A stretch of 64,000 bases of DNA from a virus, in IMG/VR virus record IMGVR_UViG_3300026097_001223, positions 96,001 through 160,000 of that record. The stretch is one strand, 5' to 3'. Positions within the stretch are counted from its first letter, which is position 1; every line of letters starts with the position of its first letter. Position numbers and translations under genes: made by a program. Shown here piece after piece: positions 1-8,015 of this stretch. Below the pieces are notes generated by a model. It was given only the letters and a program-made list of their open reading frames with translations. It was not told the origin of the DNA and did not search any database.

Positions 1-10
1 TATTATTATC

Positions 11-1840
11 ATGGGCGGCGCACTGGAAGTTGGCAAGCTTGTTACAGCAGTGTGGTTACACAAATACTGGAACAGAGCCAACTGGTGGCTTCGTACCTAT
101 CTTGGCCTGTCAGTGATTATATTGATGTTTATCACTAGCATGGGTATTTTTGGTTTCTTGTCAAAGGCACACATCGAACAAACTGCTACAGCCGGCGAAG
201 GTGTAGCACAAATTGAGCGCATTGACGAAGAGATTGCCAGACAGCGAGCTGTCATCGAGCGAGCAGAAATAAAAATACAAGATGTGCAAACGTCAGGCAC
301 TGGTGCAGATGTGAATATCCAGGCACAGATTGACCGAGAACAAGCTCGCATTGACACAGCATATGATCGAATACAACCTGCAATTGATTCAACCAACCAG
401 CAGTTAGAATCAGACAAAGAATTTTTCCTTGGACAATTACCTGAACTGGACGAAAAACTTGCTCGACTGGATGACATGAGCAATATAGACACCACTGACG
501 AAGAAGCAGTTAAACGACTGCAAGCACTAGTAGGCGCCAGACCAGATGGTGCATACGGTGGAGGCACTGCAAGAGCAGTTAGAGATTATCGCGAAGGTTT
601 ACAAGCAGATCGTGACAGCATATTTGCAAAAGTAGAGGAGCTGAAAGCCTCGGCTCAGGAAGAAATTGCAAGACTTCGTGGTAGAGCAGAAAGCGAAATT
701 GACGACAGTAATGCATTAATTGCACGACTAAGGTCTCAGCTAGGACAAACCACTGGCGAAGACATTGGTGCTGTGATACAAGAGCAAAATCAACGCATCA
801 GTCAAGCAAACTCAGAAATGGATCAACTGGTGGAAGAAAAATTCCAGCTTGAAGCAGAGTATCGCAAACTAGAAGCAGAAGTCGGTCCGATTAAATACAT
901 TGCAGAGTTTATCTACGGCGACGAAGCAAACAAAAACATGCTGGAAGAAGCAGTTCGCTGGGTTATAATTGTTATTATATTTGTATTTGACCCGCTAGCT
1001 GTGCTACTGCTTATTGCAAGTCAGTATACATTTAATTGGACTAGACAAGATCGTGCATCCATCCGTGAGGAAATTACACCACAAGATTCAGAAGAGACTG
1101 GAGAGTCTGGAGCCAGCCAGTCACATTCCGGTGAATATCATGGAAACAATGAAGAAACAGAACCCGAGCTTGTATTATCAGACACAGATACCGATACTGG
1201 AGAGAGAGATACAGAAGTTGAGGACACGCACAGCTTATCAGACCAAGTGCATACTCAGCCGATTATCGTTTACCCGGAACCAGAAGAGTTAAACTCAGTT
1301 GAAATTGACGATCTTGATGATGAGCCGCATGTTGTTATGGTTTACGAAGAAACAGTTGTGGACAACAACGAGCCCAACGCAGACAAAGCCAAGTTTGCAA
1401 TACTGCCGGATCTCGAAGATGCAATTCAAGAAGCACGATTCGAGGACGATCCAAACTATAGCGATCTTGGCAACGGATATGTGCAGTACAATGGCAAAGT
1501 ATACGCCAAAGAAGCATTTAGTGTCAGCTTCAAGGACATTGTTGCACGACCAGACATAGATATAGATACAAATGTAGACTTTGGCACACGCTTCCCAGAG
1601 CAGCCCACAAAAGGCGATTTGTTTCTACGTGTAGATCATCTTCCTACTAAATTGTACAAGTACAACGGTGCAAAGTGGATAGAAGTAGACAAAGATCAAA
1701 ATACTAGTATTCTAAACGATGACTCATATATAGAGTTATTAATTGACAAACTAGCCGACGGTACCTATGAGCCAGACATGCTAAGTGACCACGAGCGAGA
1801 CATTGTAGAAAAATATTTAACAGACAAAGGAGAAAAATAA
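11..1840 (+). CDS. Membrane-anchored coiled-coil phage protein with a peptidoglycan-binding-like insert; may be 5'-truncated by the window edge
   Basis: N-terminal TM segments, long coiled coil, second TM (WVIIVIIFVFDPLAVLLLIA), acidic tail. LQALVGARPDGAYGGGTARAVRDY resembles PG_binding_1. The frame is open upstream of the ATG. Confidence 0.6.
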   Translation: MGGALEVGKLVTAVWLHKYWNRANWWLRTYLGLSVIILMFITSMGIFGFLSKAHIEQTATAGEGVAQIERIDEEIARQRAVIERAEIKIQDVQTSGTGADVNIQAQIDREQARIDTAYDRIQPAIDSTNQQLESDKEFFLGQLPELDEKLARLDDMSNIDTTDEEAVKRLQALVGARPDGAYGGGTARAVRDYREGLQADRDSIFAKVEELKASAQEEIARLRGRAESEIDDSNALIARLRSQLGQTTGEDIGAVIQEQNQRISQANSEMDQLVEEKFQLEAEYRKLEAEVGPIKYIAEFIYGDEANKNMLEEAVRWVIIVIIFVFDPLAVLLLIASQYTFNWTRQDRASIREEITPQDSEETGESGASQSHSGEYHGNNEETEPELVLSDTDTDTGERDTEVEDTHSLSDQVHTQPIIVYPEPEELNSVEIDDLDDEPHVVMVYEETVVDNNEPNADKAKFAILPDLEDAIQEARFEDDPNYSDLGNGYVQYNGKVYAKEAFSVSFKDIVARPDIDIDTNVDFGTRFPEQPTKGDLFLRVDHLPTKLYKYNGAKWIEVDKDQNTSILNDDSYIELLIDKLADGTYEPDMLSDHERDIVEKYLTDKGEK

Positions 1841-1843
1841 ATT

Positions 1844-2056
1844 TTGATAAAAGGACGCACCGTTAGAGTTCACGACGATAACGTAGAAAAAGCAATTAGA
1901 AAATTAAAAAAGAAAGTCAGCAACGACGGTCGTCTTTGGGAAGTACGTCAGCGTGAGCAGTACGAAAAACCCAGTCATAAAAGAAAAATTGCAAAGCAGA
2001 AAGCACGTTCAAGACATCTCAAACAACTCGCTAAACAAAAAAATCAAACCTATTAA
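1844..2056 (+). CDS. rpsU: 30S ribosomal protein bS21
   Basis: VRVHDDNVEKAIRKLKKKV...REQYEKPSHKRK matches the bS21 pattern; basic 70 aa; TTG start. Confidence 0.9.
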   Translation: MIKGRTVRVHDDNVEKAIRKLKKKVSNDGRLWEVRQREQYEKPSHKRKIAKQKARSRHLKQLAKQKNQTY

Positions 2057-2089
2057 ACCTTTTTTCTTGAATAATCACTCAAGAAGCAT

Positions 2090-2097
2090 TATAAATA
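2090..2097 (+). promoter_or_regulatory. T4-type late promoter TATAAATA upstream of hsp20
   Basis: Exact T4 late consensus in the intergenic region. Confidence 0.75.
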
Positions 2098-2101
2098 GTA
2101 G

Positions 2102-2159
2102 TGTAACGCCGAAAGTCGGGTTACAAAGTCATTCTTGCTAAACAAAGGAGAAAATTATG
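2102..2159 (+). promoter_or_regulatory. ROSE-like RNA thermometer in the hsp20 5' UTR
   Basis: Hairpin TGTAAC-G-CCGA-AAG-TCGG-GTTACA (2102-2125), then TTCTTGCT (2132-2139) able to pair with the SD AGGAGAA (2146-2152) with G2137 bulged. Confidence 0.65.
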
Positions 2160-2597
2160 ACACGTACACTTACAAGCACAGATCTAGCCCCATTTTATCG
2201 TAATGCGATCGGTATCGACAGTTTGTTTGATAGACTAGATCACCTAAACCGAGTCAGCGAAGGCTCGACTAACTATCCGCCCTACAATGTTATCAAGCAC
2301 AGTGAAGATGAGTACAGTATTGAAGTTGCTGTAGCAGGGTTTGCCGAAGGAGAAGTTGATATCAGTTTCAAGGACGGACAAGTGGTCATTGAAGGGAACA
2401 AAACTGATGAAGAATCTGCAGCAGAATACCTGCATAAAGGTATCAGCGGTCGAAAGTTTGTTCGCACATTTCAATTGGCTGAATACATTGAAGTCAAGTC
2501 AGCGACCATGGAAAACGGTATTCTTACTGTGTCGTTAGTACGACTTCTGCCAGAACGTCTACAACCTAAAAAGATTGAGATTGTTCACAAGTCGTAA
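2157..2597 (+). CDS. Small heat-shock protein, Hsp20/IbpA family
   Basis: NYPPYNVIK...IEVAVAGF...YLHKGISGRKFVRTFQLAEYIEVKSATMENGILTVSL...PKKIEI; strong SD. Confidence 0.95.
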   Translation: MTRTLTSTDLAPFYRNAIGIDSLFDRLDHLNRVSEGSTNYPPYNVIKHSEDEYSIEVAVAGFAEGEVDISFKDGQVVIEGNKTDEESAAEYLHKGISGRKFVRTFQLAEYIEVKSATMENGILTVSLVRLLPERLQPKKIEIVHKS

Positions 2598-2605
2598 CTT
2601 TTTGT

Positions 2606-2637
2606 TAAATACATGTAGCGGTCACATGGCCGCTACA
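2606..2637 (+). promoter_or_regulatory. Late promoter TAAATA followed by a strong hairpin upstream of clpS
   Basis: TAAATA 2606-2611; inverted repeat TGTAGCGGTCA/TGGCCGCTACA 2614-2637. Confidence 0.55.
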
Positions 2638-2655
2638 CTTTGAGGAATCAAAAAA

Positions 2656-2964
2656 ATGCCAGCATCAGAAACAGAAAATCAATTAAAAAGTAAACTCAAG
2701 ATGCCACCGTTGTATCAAGTGATATACTTGAATGACAATGCAACCACTGTAGATTTTGTGATTGACAGTTTAATGGATCACTTTGGATACAGCAACGATA
2801 CAGCATTTGCATTAACTGACGAGATTCACAACAGCGGCAGTGCCACTGTTGCAGTAATGCCATACGAACTAGCAGAGCAAAAAGGTGTAGAAGTCACTAT
2901 ACAGGCTAGAGGCGCAGGATATCCTCTGCAAATTAAACTGGAACCAGACGAAGTTATAGCGTAA
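2656..2964 (+). CDS. clpS: ATP-dependent Clp protease adaptor ClpS
   Basis: PPLYQVIYLNDNATTVDFVI...EIHNSGSATVAVMPYELAEQK...YPLQIKLEP. Confidence 0.88.
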   Translation: MPASETENQLKSKLKMPPLYQVIYLNDNATTVDFVIDSLMDHFGYSNDTAFALTDEIHNSGSATVAVMPYELAEQKGVEVTIQARGAGYPLQIKLEPDEVIA

Positions 2965-3745
2965 CTACAATACGTTTAGGGTGGTACACAGACTTGGCAT
3001 GTCGGCTTGTGCGTTGGTTTCGGCAATTGTTAACAAATCGAATACCATGTTTAACAGTGTCAATGTCTCCGCCGTACTGGCCGAATATCCATGTATCCAC
3101 TTTTTCCACAGGTGCTTGTTTAATTAAACTTTTAAAAACACTGTTGCCCATGATAGATGAATTCATGCTTTCAGTGACATCTGGATCATGCTCTATCAAT
3201 TCATAAAGCGGTACTGTATGTGTAACAACAATTATTTTTTCAACTTGGTCCATTGAGTGCAAGCGTTCGAGAGTGTTGATTAGATATGTTGCATCGGCAA
3301 GTGCCAGTTCGCGAACTTCAGATGCATGTTCAGGGCCAAGATGGTTTTCTGCACACCACCACTGTTTTGCCTGCTGTGGATCTACATAAGGATCAAATGC
3401 AAAGTCCCACCAACCATTTGTTCCAACAATGGCAATTTGATTTGCAATCACAACATGATTTTGCAAATACACAAGATCATCGCTCTCTCCTAGGGAAGAT
3501 AACAAATCTTCGTAACTGTCGTCAATACTGTGCGGCAGTTCCACAATGTGTTCATCGTCGCCGTCGATGTAAAAAACAGTATCGTAGCACTGTTGTAGGT
3601 CTACTAAAAAGTCTACTACAGTATTTCGATCGTGACCGGCTCCGCCTGCAAAAATACAGTAGGGACTGGTTGCTATCATAGATAAATCTAAGTCAGGCCA
3701 AGACTCGATGAATGTATCGCTTATAATGTCAAATTGATATGGCAT
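2954..3745 (-). CDS. Calcineurin-like metallophosphoesterase fold protein with degenerate motifs
   Basis: Start reassigned to MPYQFDIISD (3745), 5 nt after a minus-strand TAAATA. Motif order IISD / AGG / IDGDDEH / VTHTVP / WIFG matches the MPE scaffold. Confidence 0.65.
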   Translation of the reverse strand: MPYQFDIISDTFIESWPDLDLSMIATSPYCIFAGGAGHDRNTVVDFLVDLQQCYDTVFYIDGDDEHIVELPHSIDDSYEDLLSSLGESDDLVYLQNHVVIANQIAIVGTNGWWDFAFDPYVDPQQAKQWWCAENHLGPEHASEVRELALADATYLINTLERLHSMDQVEKIIVVTHTVPLYELIEHDPDVTESMNSSIMGNSVFKSLIKQAPVEKVDTWIFGQYGGDIDTVKHGIRFVNNCRNQRTSRHAKSVYHPKRIVVTL

Positions 3746-3768
3746 AGAACTATTTACAAGGAGATTAC

Positions 3769-4161
3769 ATGCACGTAATATTTGGAAAAGAAAAGGATCA
3801 ACTCGAAGAAAGTGATGTTGATATTGAAACACTCAAAACACAGTACAGTATAGTGCCGCTAGACCGTGTACGGTACAGTGACCAGGGAGAAGTTATTCAA
3901 AGTTGGTGTTTATTAAGTGGAGATAATACCAGCACTATGGAAGAAGCTCCTCATTTGCCTCGTTTAATTGAATTGCACGAAAACATGATGCAAAACTATT
4001 ACCGTCGAGAATGGAAGTTCTGCGAAGACGCAGCAGAAAATCTAAAAGGCAGGTTCGGCGGAGAGTTGGACAGCTTTTATCAACATTTTTTAAATCGTGT
4101 ACGCAACTACATAGACAACGAACCAGACGCAAACTGGGACGGAGTTATCAACAACTATTGA
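3769..4161 (+). CDS. Hypothetical protein resembling the C-terminal helical domain of class III adenylate/guanylate cyclases
   Basis: YYRREWKFCEDAAENLKGRFGGELDSFYQHFLNRVRNYIDNEPDANWDGV; SD AAGGAG. Confidence 0.5.
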   Translation: MHVIFGKEKDQLEESDVDIETLKTQYSIVPLDRVRYSDQGEVIQSWCLLSGDNTSTMEEAPHLPRLIELHENMMQNYYRREWKFCEDAAENLKGRFGGELDSFYQHFLNRVRNYIDNEPDANWDGVINNY

Positions 4162-5372
4162 TACCACAGCAGTGGATTTGTCGGAATGTAATTTTTACAC
4201 AGATCCGCTGCTGTTGACAGTGGCACAGGATCATGATTGCTTACGCTCAAATTTAGCTGGCTTTTGTCAAAGCAAGGTAGTTGTCTTTTAGACCAAGCTG
4301 AATGACTAGCAGCTCGCAAATTTTGATTCAGCTCATTGGTTACAGTTTCTAAAAATTCAGTGCTGAAAAAACGTCTTTTGTTGTATTCAGCTACAGCAAA
4401 GATGTTGTCGCTGTGACGCATAATGTTGCTGTTCTTTGCCTGCTCCATGGCGTTTACAATTGCACTCATTCTCATCACTGGATCTTCAATTTCATCATAG
4501 CCTTCGTCAATCCATCGTCCAAATGTTTGAAACCCATAGTCTCTGAGAACTTGCAAACTGCCGGGCCCGGCCATGAGAATAAACGGCTGACAACACGCAA
4601 TTGGTCTTAGTATTTTTTCTGTAAGCATTATTCGCTTTTGATCGGCTACAGTTTCTAGCACAACATCAAACAAACTGGATCTAACATCACTAGCACAGTA
4701 TGTGGCACTGCCAGCAGATTCTGCTGTGTTCGGTTCAAACGCAAATTCTGCAGAACTATACTTGCTATAGTGAGTGTCGCTGTCATATGGATTAAACCTT
4801 GTTCTAGTGCTAGAACACACAGCACTGTTGTTTAACAGTTCTAAAAACTTCAGTCTATACTGTCTGGATCCGGTCCAAGCTCTGCAATACACATTGAACA
4901 AATATTTTATTCTTCTCGGCTGTTTAACCACGGATGGATCTACTTCAGCATATCGATACCAATCTCGAGCAATCACAGCATGACTCCACCAATATGCAGT
5001 GCTGAATCTTTTGCGATACTGTTCTACTTGGTCACTGTTTATTTCACTGTGCAATAGTATTTTCTTTTTGTAAATGTTTGCCCAGGTATCAAAATCCAAA
5101 TTACATTCTTGCAAATAAACATGCAAGGCAGGGTCAAAATTTTCATGTAGGTAATCTTGCTGTGCATCTGCACTATACCAGTCAAATTGGAGAGGTTCCT
5201 GGTCGTGACAAATCACAATTGGCTTTATAATTGTATCATAGGGTTGCAAATCACGCAAAGGCCATAAATTGCTTTGATTTTTGGACCCATGCGGATAAAA
5301 ACGATAAATTAAAGCATTACCGTCGAATTGGTCGTCTATGTAATGATACAAACTGTCAAGAGGAATTGTCAT
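4155..5372 (-). CDS. Putative glycosyltransferase-like protein (TEK..RP...QPFI family)
   Basis: VLETV...LTEKILRPIACCQPFILMAGPGSLQVLRDYGFQTF...IDEGYDE, reminiscent of the GT10 nucleotide-sugar motif; paralog at 23740. Confidence 0.5.
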   Translation of the reverse strand: MTIPLDSLYHYIDDQFDGNALIYRFYPHGSKNQSNLWPLRDLQPYDTIIKPIVICHDQEPLQFDWYSADAQQDYLHENFDPALHVYLQECNLDFDTWANIYKKKILLHSEINSDQVEQYRKRFSTAYWWSHAVIARDWYRYAEVDPSVVKQPRRIKYLFNVYCRAWTGSRQYRLKFLELLNNSAVCSSTRTRFNPYDSDTHYSKYSSAEFAFEPNTAESAGSATYCASDVRSSLFDVVLETVADQKRIMLTEKILRPIACCQPFILMAGPGSLQVLRDYGFQTFGRWIDEGYDEIEDPVMRMSAIVNAMEQAKNSNIMRHSDNIFAVAEYNKRRFFSTEFLETVTNELNQNLRAASHSAWSKRQLPCFDKSQLNLSVSNHDPVPLSTAADLCKNYIPTNPLLWYQ

Positions 5373-5373
5373 T

Positions 5374-6612
5374 GTGAATATTGGTTTTATTGGTCTCGGT
5401 AAACTAGGCCTAGATTGCGCAGAAGTGTTTGCACAACACTACGAAACACGTGGATATGATATCGCACCACGTACAAGCGATACAGTTATTGTATGCGAGA
5501 TTGACGAAGTAGTCAATAAAAGTGACTGGATATTTATCGCTGTTCCAACTCCCCACGAAGAAGGTTACGACGGCAGTGTGCCCAGCTCGCACATGGAACC
5601 AAAAGACTTTGGACATGATGCTGTAATCAGTGCTATTGATGCAGTTAACAAGCATGCAAACAGTGCAAAAAACATCGTGCTTATCAGTACAGTGTTGCCA
5701 GGAACCACGAGACGCAAATTTGCTAGCCGATTAAACAGTGATCACACATTCTTGTATAATCCCTACTTGATTGCAATGGGCAGTGTGAAATGGGACATGA
5801 CCAATCCAGAAATGGTAATGATTGGCAGCGAATCAGGCGATGATCCAGCAATGCACTCATTGATTGAAATCTACAAAAAAATGATGACAAACGATCCTCG
5901 TTATGTAACAGGCACCTGGGACGAGTGCGAAGCAATTAAAATTTTCTATAACACGTTTATTAGTGCCAAAGTCGGACTTGCTAACATGATTCAGGACTTT
6001 GCATTACGCATTGGCAATATTGATGTTGACGTAGTAACTGACGCACTCGCTAACAGTACCATGCGTATCATGGGACCAAAGTACATGACAGCAGGCATGG
6101 GCGATGCTGGTGCTTGTCATCCTCGTGACAATATTGCCCTGCGTTGGTTAGCAGAAAAATATGACATTGGTTACGATTTATTTGACACAATTATGCATGC
6201 TCGCGAGATACAGGCAAAGAACCTAGCTGAATATCTCATTGACATGCGTAAAGGCGACATGCCTATTGTTATCCATGGCAAGGCGTATAAACCAGATGTA
6301 GAATACTGCATCGGTAGCTACAGCACATTGATAGGTTATTATGTAGAGCAAGCTGGTGTTGATGTTGTGTATGTTGATCCTCTGGCCGACGACACAGAAA
6401 ATGTTGTTGACAGCGTGAACGAGCCTTGTGTGGTATTACTAGCACACAACAGAGGTATTACCTATGGGTATACTGGCACAGAAGACGAAGATCCTTTCTA
6501 CTTCGACATTCCAGCTGGTAGTATTATTGTGGATCCTTGGAGAAAAACTCCGTTAGACTTTAACAGCAACTATGAAGTGATCCATTATGGTAACACACGA
6601 CCAAATTATTGA
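5374..6612 (+). CDS. UDP-glucose/GDP-mannose dehydrogenase family protein
   Basis: GxGxxG (IGLGKLG), IAVPTP, STVLPGT, K.FYNTF.S.K, GACHPRD, AYKPD. Confidence 0.9.
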   Translation: MNIGFIGLGKLGLDCAEVFAQHYETRGYDIAPRTSDTVIVCEIDEVVNKSDWIFIAVPTPHEEGYDGSVPSSHMEPKDFGHDAVISAIDAVNKHANSAKNIVLISTVLPGTTRRKFASRLNSDHTFLYNPYLIAMGSVKWDMTNPEMVMIGSESGDDPAMHSLIEIYKKMMTNDPRYVTGTWDECEAIKIFYNTFISAKVGLANMIQDFALRIGNIDVDVVTDALANSTMRIMGPKYMTAGMGDAGACHPRDNIALRWLAEKYDIGYDLFDTIMHAREIQAKNLAEYLIDMRKGDMPIVIHGKAYKPDVEYCIGSYSTLIGYYVEQAGVDVVYVDPLADDTENVVDSVNEPCVVLLAHNRGITYGYTGTEDEDPFYFDIPAGSIIVDPWRKTPLDFNSNYEVIHYGNTRPNY

Positions 6613-7102
6613 TCCTTGGTGGACTCTAGCAGACCTAGAGTCCTTGGATTACATCAATGAACCTTTCAATGATGCAGAGAGTCTTGCACGTTGGAGAAAG
6701 CTAGGATATACACAAACCAAGTTTACCGGTGACATGTATGACATGCGGAATCCAAAACCGTTGTGGATAGACGGATTCAAAGACTATTTTCCCTACGATC
6801 ATTTTAGTTGGAGCCTGTATAAAATGGGACCCGGCACCACTTTACCATGTCACGGTGACACCTACAAACGTTTCCGAAATCTACATGGCATAGAAGATTT
6901 AAACCGCATTGTACGCAGTGTAGTGTTTTTGGACGACTGGCAAAGCGGGCACTATTTTGAAATTGACAGTCAGCCATTGGTAAATTGGTATAAAGGACAA
7001 ATTGTTACCTGGACAGGGGACACACTTCATCTAGCTGCTAACGTTGGCATGACTCCTAGATACACTCTTCAGCTTACAGGTGTGCGAAATGAAACTGCCT
7101 AA
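6587..7102 (+). CDS. 2OG-Fe(II)-type oxygenase (beta-hydroxylase-like)
   Basis: LPCHGD...LHLAAN.G.TPRYTLQLTG (HxD...H...R). Confidence 0.65.
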   Translation: MVTHDQIIDPWWTLADLESLDYINEPFNDAESLARWRKLGYTQTKFTGDMYDMRNPKPLWIDGFKDYFPYDHFSWSLYKMGPGTTLPCHGDTYKRFRNLHGIEDLNRIVRSVVFLDDWQSGHYFEIDSQPLVNWYKGQIVTWTGDTLHLAANVGMTPRYTLQLTGVRNETA

Positions 7103-8015
7103 GGTGTACTCAGCTAACGAATGGGCACCGCTGGAAAGCATTGTGGTAGGCAGTGCACTGGGTGCTTGTTGGCCCGATCAAGATCCTGTGTTTCAGTTGG
7201 AAAAAGATCGCACCCTGTGGAAAAAATCACCCTTGCCCAGCGGCCCAGTTGCACCTCATGTGATTGAAGAAAGTGAAGAAGACCTCGATGCTCTTGCTGA
7301 TATACTGGAAAAGCAAGGCGTAACAGTGCATAGGCCGCAACACCGGGACTTTGAAAAAACCAATGGCATGTACAATTATTGTCCTAGAGACCGACTGTTA
7401 GTAGCCGATGCAACAGTTGTAGACTGTGCCATGATGTACCCTAGTAGAGATCAAGAAATAGAAACATTAAGTCATGTTCTTGAAGATGTGCCAGTGATTA
7501 AAATGCCAAGAGATTCAGGCATGGTGTTGGATGCAGCAAACGTTTGTCGGTTAGGCGACACCTGGTTGTTCCTTGAAAGCAACAGTGGCAATCAAGCTGC
7601 ATATCAATGGTTATGCGAGCAGTTTCCAGAAAAAAACATTGAAAAAGTAAACTTTTATGCTGGTGTGCACATCGACAGTACTATTTGTGCTATTAGCGAT
7701 AGCACAGTGTTGGTTAACTCACAGCGTGTAAAGCTCGATCAGTTACCCGAAGCACTGTCTGATTGGAATATCATATGGGTCGATGATGTTGTAGCACAAG
7801 ACTTTTATGAATACCCTTATGCCAGCAAATGGATTGCTATGAATGTGTTAAGCGTTGACCCAGGTACAGTTGTGGTGGATCGCAAACAAGATCGCTTAAT
7901 AAATACATTAGAAAGAAATAATTTCACAGTGATCCCCCATGAGCTGAGACACAGTAGAACACTAGGCGGAGGGTTCCATTGTGTAACCCTGGACCTAAAG
8001 AGGCGACATGTCTGA
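7089..8015 (+). CDS. Amidinotransferase (glycine/inosamine-phosphate amidinotransferase family)
   Basis: NEWAPLESIVVG, CPRD, DAANV, HID, GGGFHCVTLD; ATG at 7089. Confidence 0.9.
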   Translation: MKLPKVYSANEWAPLESIVVGSALGACWPDQDPVFQLEKDRTLWKKSPLPSGPVAPHVIEESEEDLDALADILEKQGVTVHRPQHRDFEKTNGMYNYCPRDRLLVADATVVDCAMMYPSRDQEIETLSHVLEDVPVIKMPRDSGMVLDAANVCRLGDTWLFLESNSGNQAAYQWLCEQFPEKNIEKVNFYAGVHIDSTICAISDSTVLVNSQRVKLDQLPEALSDWNIIWVDDVVAQDFYEYPYASKWIAMNVLSVDPGTVVVDRKQDRLINTLERNNFTVIPHELRHSRTLGGGFHCVTLDLKRRHV

